From Scyliorhinus canicula (lineage: Eukaryota), in assembly GCF_902713615.1 (NCBI RefSeq), contig NC_052149.1, positions 127,413,256-127,477,255 of the forward strand: 64,000 nt of DNA, read 5' to 3'. Position numbers and translations under genes: made by a program. Under the pieces are notes generated by a model that made no database searches, had not been told where the DNA came from, and worked only from the letters and a program-made list of their open reading frames with translations. This document shows, piece by piece, positions 1-10,414 of the stretch; the stretch's first letter is position 1, and each line of letters starts with the position of its first letter.

Positions 1-1075
1 GTTCCCTAACTATTGTCTTTTTCAGTTATTTAACTTTCAACTATTTAGACACAGTGTCTCATACTCATCAATCAATCAGCATGTTGCTTTCCTGTCATGT
101 CCAAGTCGTTACTATATATATTGTAAATAATTGTGGACCCAACACTGATCCCTGTGGCACTTCACAAGTTCATAAGTTCATAAGATATAGGACCAAAATT
201 AGGCCATTTGGCCCATGGAGTCTGCTCCACCATTCTATCATGGCTGAAATGTTCCTCATCTGCTGCCTACTCTGTTACAGACTAAGAGCTGAATTGCGAA
301 ATCAGCCAGAGCATCTCCTCCCTCGATCACATGACCTAGGAGAGGGAGTAGGCAAGTTAGCCTCCCAAGCAATGTGATGATGGCTGATCCCATCATAGCC
401 CCAACTCCACCGTCCTGCCCGTTCTCCATAACCCTTCAGCACATTACCAATTAAAATTCTGTCTAATTCCTCCATAAATTTGCTCACTGTCCCTGCATCC
501 CCTGCACTCTGGGGTAGCGAATTCCACTGATTCACAACCCTTCGGGAGAAGTAGTTTTTCCTCAAATCTGTTTCAAATTTGCATTGGAGGCTGTTCAGAG
601 GAGGTTCACTAGATTGATTCCAGAGATGAGGAGAGATTGAACAGTTTATAAAATTTACAATGCAGAAGGAGACCATTCAGCCCATTGAGTCTGCACCTGC
701 CTTATAAAGAGCACCCTACTGAAGCTCACATATCTACCCTATCACTGTAGCCCAGTGACCCCCACTTAACATTCTTTGGACACTAAGGGCAATTTAGCAC
801 GGCCAATCCACCTAACCCGCATATCTTTGGACTGTGGGAGGAAACCGGAGTACCCGGAGGAAACCCACGCACACACGGGGAGAACGTGCAGACTCTGCAC
901 AGACAGTGACCCAGCAGGGAATCGAACCTGGGACTCTGGAGCTGTGAAAGCAACTGTGCTAACCACAATGCTACCGTGCTGCCCTATACTTTAGGTATAT
1001 TATACTCTAGGTATACTCTGGTATAGGTTTAGGCCCATACTCTCCAGAGTTTAGAAGAACAAGGGGAGATCTAAT

Positions 1076-1935
1076 TGATTTGATTTAATTTATTGTCACA
1101 TGTACCGAAGTACAGTGAAAAGTATTTTTCTGCGGCCGAGGGAACGTACACAGTACGCACATAGTAGACAAAAATAATAATCAACAGAGAACATTGACAC
1201 ATAATTGTACATCGACAAACAGTGATTGGTTACAGTGCGGAACAAGGAGCCAAACAAAGCAAATACATGAGCAAGAGCAGCATAGGGCATCGGGAACGGA
1301 TCCCCCGAGGAGGAGTCGTTGAGGAGTCTTGTAGCTGTGGGGAAGAAGCTGTTCCTATGTCTGGATGTGAGGGTCTTCAGACTTCTGTACCTTCTGCCTG
1401 ATGGAAGGGTCTGGAAGAAGGCAATGCCTGGGTGGGAGGGGTCTCTGATAATGCTGTTTGCCTTCCTGAGGCAGCGGGAGGTGTAGACAGAATCAATGTG
1501 GGGATGGCAAGTTTGTGTGATGCGTTGGGCTGAGTTCACCACACTCTGCAGTTTTGTGCGATCTTGGACTGAGCAGTTGCCATACCAGGCTGTGATGCAG
1601 CCGGATAGGATGCTCTCTATCGCACATCTGTAGAAGTTTGTGAGAGTCGATGCAGACATGCCAAATTTCTTTAGCTTCCGTAGGAAGTAGACATGTTGTT
1701 GGGCTTTCTTGACTGTAGCATCAACGTGAGTGGACCAGGACAGACTGTTGGTGACGGTGACCCCCAGGAACTTAAAGCTATCGACCATCTCCACTTCGGA
1801 GCCATCGATGCAGACGGGAGTGTGTGTCGTGCTGCGCTTCCTGAAGTCAATGATCAGTTCCTTGGTCTCTCCAACATTTAGAGAGAGGTTGTTTTCAGTA
1901 ACCAAGCAACCAAGTGATTTATCTCCCTCCTGTAG
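1076..1935 (-). mobile_element. Rex1/Babar-like LINE 3' fragment
   Basis: NNLSLNV..TKELIIDFRK, FKFLGV, FYRCAIESILSGCIT C-terminal RT region; short tandem tail at 1076-1094. Confidence 0.75.
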
Positions 1936-3344
1936 TCTGATTCGACGTTGATGCATACAAGATGCTAAAAGGTATGGATAAAGTAGACGTGGAGCTGATG
2001 CTTCCTCTTGTGTTTTTCCTCAAATCTGTTTTAAATTTGCTACCTCTTATTCTAAGATTATGACCTCTCGTTTTAGAATGCCCACAAGAGGAAGCATCAG
2101 CTCCACCTCTACTTTAGCCAAAAATGCCAACTGAATGATCAATCTCAGTCTTCTTCTGAGATCCCCAGTATCTCAGCCAATTTCATTTATTCCATGTGAT
2201 ATCAAGAAATGACTAAAGGCACAGGATACTATGAAGGATTGGAACCAGCTGCTTCATCAATGATCTTTCTTCCATCATAAGGTCAGAATTGGGGATGTTC
2301 GCGGATGACTGGACAATGTTCAGCACCATTCACGATTCCTCAGATACAGAAGCAGTCCATGTCCAAATGCAGAACTAAACAATATGCATGGTTGGGCTGA
2401 CAAGTTGCAAATAACATTTGTGCCATACAAATGCCAAGCAATGATAACTGCAACGCCAAGAACATTCAAGAAGCTTAACACCATCCAGGATACAGCAGCC
2501 AGCTTGATTGACACCCCATCCAACAAGGTCAATGGAGTATGTCAGTGAGATCGTGACAACCATTTCAGTGAAGTCAGGGATAATAGATCAATGAGGTCAG
2601 GGGTAGTTTGGAATGAAACTGGGTCTGGACCCACTGCATTTGGGACAGGTTGGGGATTATGGAGTGTGGATCACAGAATCCCTACAGTGAAGAAGGAGAC
2701 CACTCAGCCCATCGAACCCCCACCGATCCTCTGAAAGAATACTTCACCCAAGCTCAGTACCCGCCCTATTCCATTAACCCCTTAATGTAACCTGCACATC
2801 TTTTTGAATACTAAGGGACAATTTACCACAGTGAATCCACCTAACCTGCACATCTTTGGGCTGTGGGAGGAAACTGGAACACCCGGAGGGAAACCCACAC
2901 AGACACAGAGAGAATGTGCAAACTCCACAGAGACAGTGACCCATTGCCAAAATAGAAACTGGGTCCCTAGTACTGTAAGGCAGCCGTGCTAACCACTGTT
3001 CTACCATGTCACCAGGAGTGAACATCGGAATAATGGAGTGAGGAGGTAGGACAGCAGTGATAAAGGTTTCTGTGTTCAAGGGGCTGCTTTAGTGTAAAGA
3101 CAGACAATGGTGTTGAGATGGAAATAAGAGGCCTCCTTGATGGAGAGGATGTTGAGTTTGAAGCTCAGCTACTGGATGCCCAATGGGAAGGAGGCCCATG
3201 TTTACTGGTCCCTATTGGAGAATCCAGTGGGAAGGAGGCCCATGTTTACTGGTCCCTATTGGAGAATCCAGTGGAAAGGAGGCCCATGTTTACTGGTCCC
3301 TATTGGAGGGTCCAGTGGAACCTGGGGACCATGGTCAATGGTAA

Positions 3345-3700
3345 GGGCAGCACGGTTGCATAGTGGTTAGCACAATTGCTTCACAGCTCCAGGGTCCCAG
3401 GTTCGATTCCCGGCTTGGGTCACTGTCTGTGCGGAGTCTGCACATCCTCCCCGTGTGTGCGTGGGTTTCCTCCGGGCGATCCAGTTTCCTCCCACAGTCC
3501 AAAGATGTGCAAGTTAGGTGGATTGGATGTGCTAAATTGCCCTTAGTGTCCAAAATTGCCCTCAGCGTTGGGTGGGGTTACTGGGTTATGGGGATAGGGT
3601 GGAGATGTGGGCCTAGGTAGGGTGCTCTTTCCAAGAGCCAGTGCAGACTCGATGGGCCGAATGGCCTCCTTCTGTACTGTAAAACAAAAAAATTCTATGA
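3345..3700 (+). mobile_element. HE1-like tRNA-derived V-SINE (representative; others at ~660-983-, 2670-3010-, 3838-4190+, 7165-7512-, 7912-8139+, 18930-19260-, 20540-20710-, 43797-44150+, 49176-49391-, 60085-60345-, 61700-61960-)
   Basis: A/B-box head, GGGTTTCCTCCGGG..CCACAGTCCAAAGATGTGC central domain, CR1-like tail; the 7912-8139 copy has an 18-bp TSD. Confidence 0.85.
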
Positions 3701-5250
3701 ATGTGGAGCAATTCTTTTATGTAATACATGTGTGATTGTCCACCTTGTGACTTTCAAAAGGTGGACACCTCAAAGGGGAACATGTAAATGTGGTGTACAT
3801 GGAATTCCAAGCAGTATTTGATAAAGTATTTGATAAAGGGCAGCAGGGTAGCATGGTGGTTAGCATAAGTGCTTCACAGCTCCAGGGTCCCAGGTTCGAT
3901 TCCCGGCTGGGTCACTGTCTGTGTGGAGTCTGCACGTCCTCCCCCTGTGTGCGTGGGTTTCCTCCGGGTGCTCCGGTTTCCCCCCACAGTCCAAAGATGT
4001 GCGGGTTAGGTGGATTGGCCATGCTAAATTGCCCGTAGTGTCCTAATAAAAGTAAGGTTAAGGGGGGGGGGTTGTTGGGTTACGGGCATAGGATGGATAC
4101 GTGGGTTTGAGTAGGGTGATCATGGCTCGGCACAACATTGAGGGCCGAAGGGCCTGTTCTGTGCTGTACTGTTCTATGTTCTATGTTCTAAATGTTACTA
4201 CACAAATTCAAAGTCAATGGTGTCCAGGGTAACATCTCCACATGAATAATGGATTGGTTAGTTAAGAGGAAGCAGAGAGAGGGGATAAATTTTTCAGCTT
4301 GTCCAGTAGTAACTAGTAGAATGGCACAGAGATCAGTGCTGAAGCCTCAACTATTCACAATCTACATCAATGATTATTGAAGGAAGAGAATGTAGCTAAT
4401 GTGCGAATGACACTAAGATAGGTGGGAAAGTCAGTTATGAGGAGGAGGTAGAGAGTCTGCAAAGAGATAGAGACTGTGTGTGAGTGGGAAAACATTTGGA
4501 GTATAACGTGGGTAAATGTGAACTTGTCCACTTTGACAGGAAGAATAGAAAAGCAGTAAAGTATTTAAATGGAGAGAGATTGAGGAACTGGCTGCTACAG
4601 AGGGATCTGGGTGTCCTGGTACATGAATCACAAAACGTTAGTCTGCAGGTCCAGCAAGTGATCAGGAAGGGAAATGGAATGTTGGTGTTTATTACAAGAG
4701 GATCGGAAAATTAAAACAGGGAGGTTTTACTGCAGCTGTACAGGGTCCTGGTGAGACCACATCTGGGATAATGTGTACAGTTTCAGTCTCCTTATTTGAA
4801 AAATATATAATTGTATTCGAAACAGTTCAGAGAAGATTCACTCGACTCATTCTTGGGATGACGGGTTTATCTTCGGAAGAAAGTTTGGACAGGGGGCCCG
4901 AACCGACTGGAGTTTAAAGCAAAGAAAAGAGATTTCAGTGAAATATAAGATCCTGAGGGGACTGAGTGACTGGATACCAGGAGGTTGCTCCGTCTTCTGG
5001 GGTACAGGCAGATGGAAAAACAGAGGGACAAAGAGACAAAGAATGGGAGGAAGAAAGAGTGGAAAAATGAGCGAGAAAACGAGTGAGACAGATAGAGAGA
5101 GAGAGACTGAGGAACAGCTATCAAGGGAGAGAGAGAGGGGGAGAGCAAGCAGGTACAGTGAGACAGGAAGAACAAGACAGAGAGACAGAGAGTGAGGAGG
5201 GGAGAGACAGAAACCGAGGGACTGAAACTGAGGGAGTGAGAGAGAAGAAG

Positions 5251-5344
5251 AGGAAGTGAAGGTGCTGACGTGGTGTCTCTGCCTCATACCATTTACATAC
5301 TGAGGAACGGGCTGTCAGACTCTCACAGGCTGCAGCTTTATAAA
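5251..5344 (+). promoter_or_regulatory. Ig light-chain V promoter, cluster 1
   Basis: AGGAAGTGAA (Ets/IRF-like, 5251-5260), TGACGT (5266-5271), octamer variant ATTTACAT (5291-5298) and TTTATAAA (5337-5344) lie 60-150 bp upstream of the leader ATG; the block recurs at 62944-63037. Confidence 0.7.
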
Positions 5345-5404
5345 GCAGAGCCCAGTGAAGGGAGAGTTTATCAGTAACCAGGCACAGGGACAGGAGCAGA
5401 CACC

Positions 5405-5453
5405 ATGATTTCAGCCATCCAGCTGATCTGGCCTCTGGCATTCTGCATCGCAG
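5405..5453 (+). CDS. IGKV: Ig kappa-type leader exon L1, cluster 1 (MISAIQLIWPLAFCIA)
   Basis: CACCATG start, hydrophobic signal peptide, phase-1 GT donor at 5454; splices in frame to the AG at 5638-5639. Confidence 0.93.
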
Positions 5454-5639
5454 GTACAAATCTCTCTCCTTCCACCTTGAATATTTTCCTGCTCTCCATT
5501 TCAATCCAATTCTACTGACTTGTGATTGAAGGGAAAATGCTGAAGGCAGAGGAACAGTCAGTGTCTCCAACAATATCTCATTGTACAGGCTCTTTCTGTG
5601 ACTGTTCTTACTTCATTCTGTTTCTCTATTACCCCTCAG

Positions 5640-5937
5640 GTATCAGTGGAGACATCATCATGACCCAGTCTCCCCCGGTGCTGTCATTGAGCCTGGGCCA
5701 GACCGCAACCCTCACCTGTACGGCCAGTCAATCTGTTAGCAGTTATGTTGCTTGGTATCAACAGCGAGAAGGTCAGAAACCGGCTCTGCTGATCTATGAT
5801 GCAACAAACCGGTTCACAGGAACATCCGACCGATTCACCGGCAGTGGATCTGGAACACGATTCACCCTGACAATCAGCAACGTACAGAATGAGGATGTCG
5901 CTGATTATTATTGTGCACAACGGCAAAGCTTCCCCTT
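5640..5937 (+). CDS. IGKV: Ig kappa-type (NS4-like) V exon, cluster 1, apparently functional
   Basis: [12 protein letters not shown]...[17 protein letters not shown]...[14 protein letters not shown]; both Cys, the WYQQ Trp and the DxAxYYC motif present, no stops, followed directly by an RSS. Confidence 0.95.
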
Positions 5938-5965
5938 CACAGTGATACAGAGCCTTACAAAAACC
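5938..5965 (+). other. 12-bp-spacer recombination signal sequence of V1
   Basis: CACAGTG (5938-5944), 12 nt, ACAAAAACC (5957-5965); exact consensus. Confidence 0.97.
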
Positions 5966-6320
5966 TCAATACGCACAGTCCCACCTCCTGTACTGACACA
6001 TCCCATAGTTTTACATAATATATAATAAACACAAGAAAGGAAACTGTACAAATGATTCTCACCGTCCACTACACACTCCAGTCCCTGTGGTATCCACAGC
6101 TCACTGAAGGCCTCAAGTTTCCATCTTACTCTCCATGTCCACATATGAAGAGCAGCTGAAAGATTTATCATCTAAAATTAGAATTCTCAACTCTCCCAAA
6201 AAAACAGAGACATTGAGAGAAACAGAGAGAGAAAGAGTGAGAGAGAAGGACATGAGTGAGTGAGAGACAGAGAGAGAGACAGAGAGTGGGTGAGAGTGAG
6301 TGAGTGAAGCAGAGAGCAGA

Positions 6321-6359
6321 GGTTTTTGTACAGCCGCTGCACTGGAAGCTGTCAGTGTG
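6321..6359 (-). other. 23-bp-spacer RSS of J1
   Basis: GGTTTTTGT (6321-6329), 23 nt, CAGTGTG (6353-6359; reads CACACTG from the coding end, one mismatch, essential CAC intact). Confidence 0.93.
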
Positions 6360-6394
6360 GCTTACGTTCGGTAAAGGAACCAAGCTCAGACTGA
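6360..6394 (+). CDS. IGKJ: Ig kappa-type J segment, cluster 1 (LTFGKGTKLRL)
   Basis: FGxG motif directly after the 23-RSS; GTAAGT donor at 6395-6400, phase-compatible with the C exon. Confidence 0.95.
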
Positions 6395-7554
6395 GTAAGT
6401 AAACCCCAATCCTCCGTTATTAACCCTTTCAATACTGAAACTTTCTCAAACACAAATGCTAAATAGTTGAAGGTGTTAGTGGGGAGCTGCAGTGAATGAA
6501 ATGGTTCATTGAAGAACACTGTGTAGAACAGGGTGCCCAGCTGTATTTCTTTAGTTCCATTCCCCCCTTTAAGCAGCAAGATATAAGTAAGCAGCTTTTA
6601 CCCACCGTGTGGAGGAGATCTGGACGTTTGCAGACTGTGTTCACATTCCTGGACCATGGAGTGAAATCACTCACTAGACTCCTGTCAGTCTGTGTGTGAC
6701 AGACACGGGCAGAGTTTGATGTGAGCTCTGGCTCCCTGTCACACTCTCTGATATAACTGATCACAGCAGCAGCAGCAGCACAGTGAGACACCGAGGTCCC
6801 ACTTCCCCCAGCTTCAACTCTGCTCTCTCCACTCCCTGCTTATCTCTTAGCAAAGTTCTGATGACAAACAGGTCCAGCAGGGCTCACAATCCAGTGGCTT
6901 CAGTGTTCCAGGCTTTTGGGGAGACTCTCAGTTACTTTCTCTTTGGGTCGAGTTCAGTCCGATATTTATCCCTGATCCAATATTCCTGAAAATCCCTGGA
7001 GATATTTTTTATTGTTTCATGTGTTGTGTGCATCGCTGGCTGTGTCCCCCCCCCCCCCCCCCCCTCTCTGGACTTCAGAGACTATAATCTGCTCTCCATC
7101 TCTCCCCTGAAGACACTCTCTCTGGCTGGGGAACAGCTCCACCCTCCCCAAGTTGCCTCATTCATAGATCATAGAAGTTACACAGCAGAAGGAGGCCATT
7201 CGGCCCATCGAGTCTGCACCGGCTCCTGGAAAGAGCACCCTACCCAAGGTTAACACCTCCACCCTATCCCCATAACCCAGTAACCCCACCCAACACTAAG
7301 GACAATTTTGGACACTAAGGACAATTTATCATGTCCAATCCACCTAACTTGCACATCTTTGGACTGTGGGAGGAAACCGGAGCACCCGGAGGAAACCCAC
7401 GCAACCACGGGGAGGATGTGCAGACTCCGCACAGACAGTGACCCAAGCCAGAATCGAACCTGGGACTCTGGAGCTGTGAAGCGATTGTGCTATCCACAAT
7501 GCTACCGTGCTACCAAGTGTGAGCCAGGAGGGTGAACATGGCAGCCTATTGGAG

Positions 7555-8400
7555 CATGAGGTGTCAGCCGTGCCACAGTGGGTATCACTCTCGCCTCTGA
7601 GCCACAATGTTGTGGCTTCAAATCCCACCCCAGAGACTTGAGCACATAATCCAGGCTGAGACTCCAGTGCAGAATGAAAATGAAAAATAAAATGAAAATG
7701 ATAATCGCTTATTGTCACAAGGAGGCTTCAAATTAAGTTACTGTGAAAAGCCCCTAGTCGCCACATTCCGGCGCCTGTTCAGGGAGGCTATTACGGAAAT
7801 TGAACTGTGCTGCTGGCCTGCCTTGGTCTGCTTTCAAAGCCAGCGATTTAGCCCTGTGCTAAACAGCCCCTATTGAGGGAGTGCTGCACTCTTAGAGGTG
7901 CTGTCTTTCAGGGGCGGCATGTGGCGTAGTGGTTAGCACTGGGACTGCGGCACTGAGGGCCCAGGTTCGAATCCCGGCCCTGGGCCACTGTCTGTGTGGA
8001 GTTTGCACATTCTCCCCGTATCTGTATGGGTTTCACCCCCACAACCCAAAGGTGTGCAGGTTAGATGGATTGGCCATGCAAAATTGCCCCTTAATTGGTA
8101 AAAAATAATAATTGGGTACTCTAAATTTATTTTTTAAAAAGAGGTGCTGTCTTTCAGATGAAGCAAACTGATGTCTGCCCTCTCAGGGGGTGTAAAAGAT
8201 CCCATGGCACAATTAGAGGGAGAGCAGGAGAGATCTCCCCGGTGTCCTGGTCAATATTTATCCCTCAGTCAACTTCACTAAAAATTTGATTATCTGGTCA
8301 ATGTCACTCTGCTCTCTGGGATCTTGCTGTGCACAACTGGCTGTAACTTTGGGACATTCTGAGATGGTGACAGCTGTTATTGAAATCCAAGTTTTTCTTT
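7555..8400 (+). mobile_element. Deu-domain SINE (SacSINE1/AmnSINE-like) interrupted by two younger SINEs
   Basis: GTCTGCCCTCTCAGG..GTAAAAGATCCCATGGCAC..CCCGGTGTCCTGG..AATATTTATCCCTCA is recognisable as the Deu domain. Confidence 0.7.
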
Positions 8401-8679
8401 GACGTTGGAGATTCCTGATCCTGACCCTAGCCCATTGTTCGTAGTCTTGCACTCCAGAGGTCACAGGGTCATTGGGAGCAGTGACCCTGTCTGACCCCCA
8501 GACACTGAGACTAATTGCAGCCTCGCCCTTGATCTCAGCCCAGGGGTGGGCGGCAAAGTTTGAAATGAAATCTCGAGCCTTCTAATCTCACAGCCAATTA
8601 GAATCCTTTGTGAAGTGACATTCCAAAATGATTTAACCAAAATGACATTACCTTCTGACACTGAACCAATTTGAAATGC

Positions 8680-10414
8680 AATTTGTCACTTTCCCTTGGA
8701 TTCCATCAGCTGTTAATTTTCAGACCCGTCTGTCATTGGAACTTTGTCAAAATCCTTGTAAAATCATGTTGTCAACATCAAACTCACTCCCTTCATCAGC
8801 CCTCCTTGTTCCCTCTTCAACAAATTCAATCACGTTAGTCAGACACGACCTTCCCTTAACAAATCTATGTTCACTGTCCTTGATTGAACTGTGTCTCTCT
8901 CAATGATGATTCTAATTTCTCTCAGAATTATTTCCAATAATGTTCCCACCACTGAGGTTAGACTGACTGGTCAGTAATGACTCAGTCTGTCCCTTCCTCC
9001 CTTTTTAAACAACGGTACAACATGATCAGTCCTCCAATCCTCCGACACCACGCCTGTAGTCAGAGAGGATTGGAAAATAATGGCCAGAGCCTCCGCTATT
9101 TCTTCCCTTGCTTCCCTTAGCAGCCTGGGATACATTTCACCCGGACCACTTTCAAAGATGATAAACACATTAATATCTCCTTTCTCACTATCTTTATCAA
9201 ATCCAATATTTCACAATTCTCTTCCTCCTGAACTACAATATCTGCTTTGTCCCTTTGCTTTGTGACAACTGATGTAAATTATTCATTAAGAACCATCTCC
9301 ATGTCTTCCACCTCCACACACGTTAAATTTTCTCTCTAATCGGCCAATTCATAAGACCATAAAATATAGGAGCAGAATTCGGCCACTCAGCCCATCAAGT
9401 CTGCACGGCCATTCAATCATCGTTGATATTTTTCTCATCCCCATTCTCCTGCCTTCTCCCCATAAACCCTGATCCCCTTATTAATCAAGAACCTATCTAT
9501 CTCTGTCTTAAAGACACTCAGTGATTTGGCCTCCACAACCTTCTGTGGCAGAGTTCCACAGATTCACCACCCTCTTGCTGAAGAAATTCCTCCTCATCTC
9601 TGTTTTAAAGGATTGTCCCTTTAGTCTGAGATTCTGTCCTCTGGTTCTAGTTTTTCCTACAAGTGGAAACATCCTCTCCACATCCACTATCCAGGCCTCG
9701 CTGTATCCTGTAAGTTTTAATAAGATCCCTCCTCCTCAAACCTCCAACGAGTACAGGCCCAGAGTCCTCAACTGTTTCTATACGACAAGTTCTTCATTCC
9801 AAGAATCATTCTTGTGGACCTCCTCTGGACCCTCTCCAAGACCAGCACATCCTTCCTTAGATACGGGGCCCAAAACTGCTCACAGTACTCCAAATGCGGT
9901 CTGACCAGAGCTTTAAAAAGTCTGAAATACATCCCTGGTCTTGTATTCTAGTCCTCTCGACATGAATGCTAACATTGCATTTGCCTTCTTAACTGCCGAC
10001 TGAGCCTGTACGTTAACTTGAAGAGAATCTTGAAGAAGGACTCCCAAGTCCCTTTGTGCTTATGATTTCCTAAACATTTCCTCATTTCGAAAATAGTCCA
10101 TGCCTCCATTCCACCTTCCAAAGTGCATATCCTCACTCTTTTCCACAGAGGGATGGAGTTTAAGACTAGGGAGGTTATGCTGCAATTGTATAAGGTGTTA
10201 GTGAGGCCACACCTGGAGTATTGTGTTCAGTTTTGGTCTCCTTACTTGAGAAAGGACATACTGGCGCTGGAGGGTGTGCAGAGGAGATTCACTAGGTTAA
10301 TCCCAGAGCTGAAGGGGTTGGATTATGAGGAGAGGTTGAGTCGACTGGGACTGTACTCGGAATTTAGAAGGATGCGGGGGGATCTTATAGAAACATATAA
10401 AATTATGAAGGGAA
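8680..10414. mobile_element. Nested CR1 fragments in the J-C intron (minus-strand pieces; the plus-strand piece from 10141 continues at 13027-13355)
   Basis: CR1 RT C-terminal peptides ([19 protein letters not shown]) and 3' tails. Confidence 0.75.

Noticed and set aside
3345-4190. tRNA genes or small conserved ORFs (MDTKGNLA...)
   Set aside because: tRNA-derived SINE heads without a full cloverleaf; the ORFs recur only because the SINE does
5640-6394. Germline-joined VJ gene, known for some shark light chains
   Set aside because: V1 and J1 are separated by intact 12- and 23-RSS and a 355-bp spacer
6779-6785. Isolated CACAGTG in the J-C intron resembling the mammalian Igk intron RSS used for Kde/RS deletion
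   Set aside because: No nonamer at 12 or 23 nt, no Kde-like 23-RSS found 3' of C1, and another chance copy lies at ~7573; a 7-mer is expected about every 16 kb per strand
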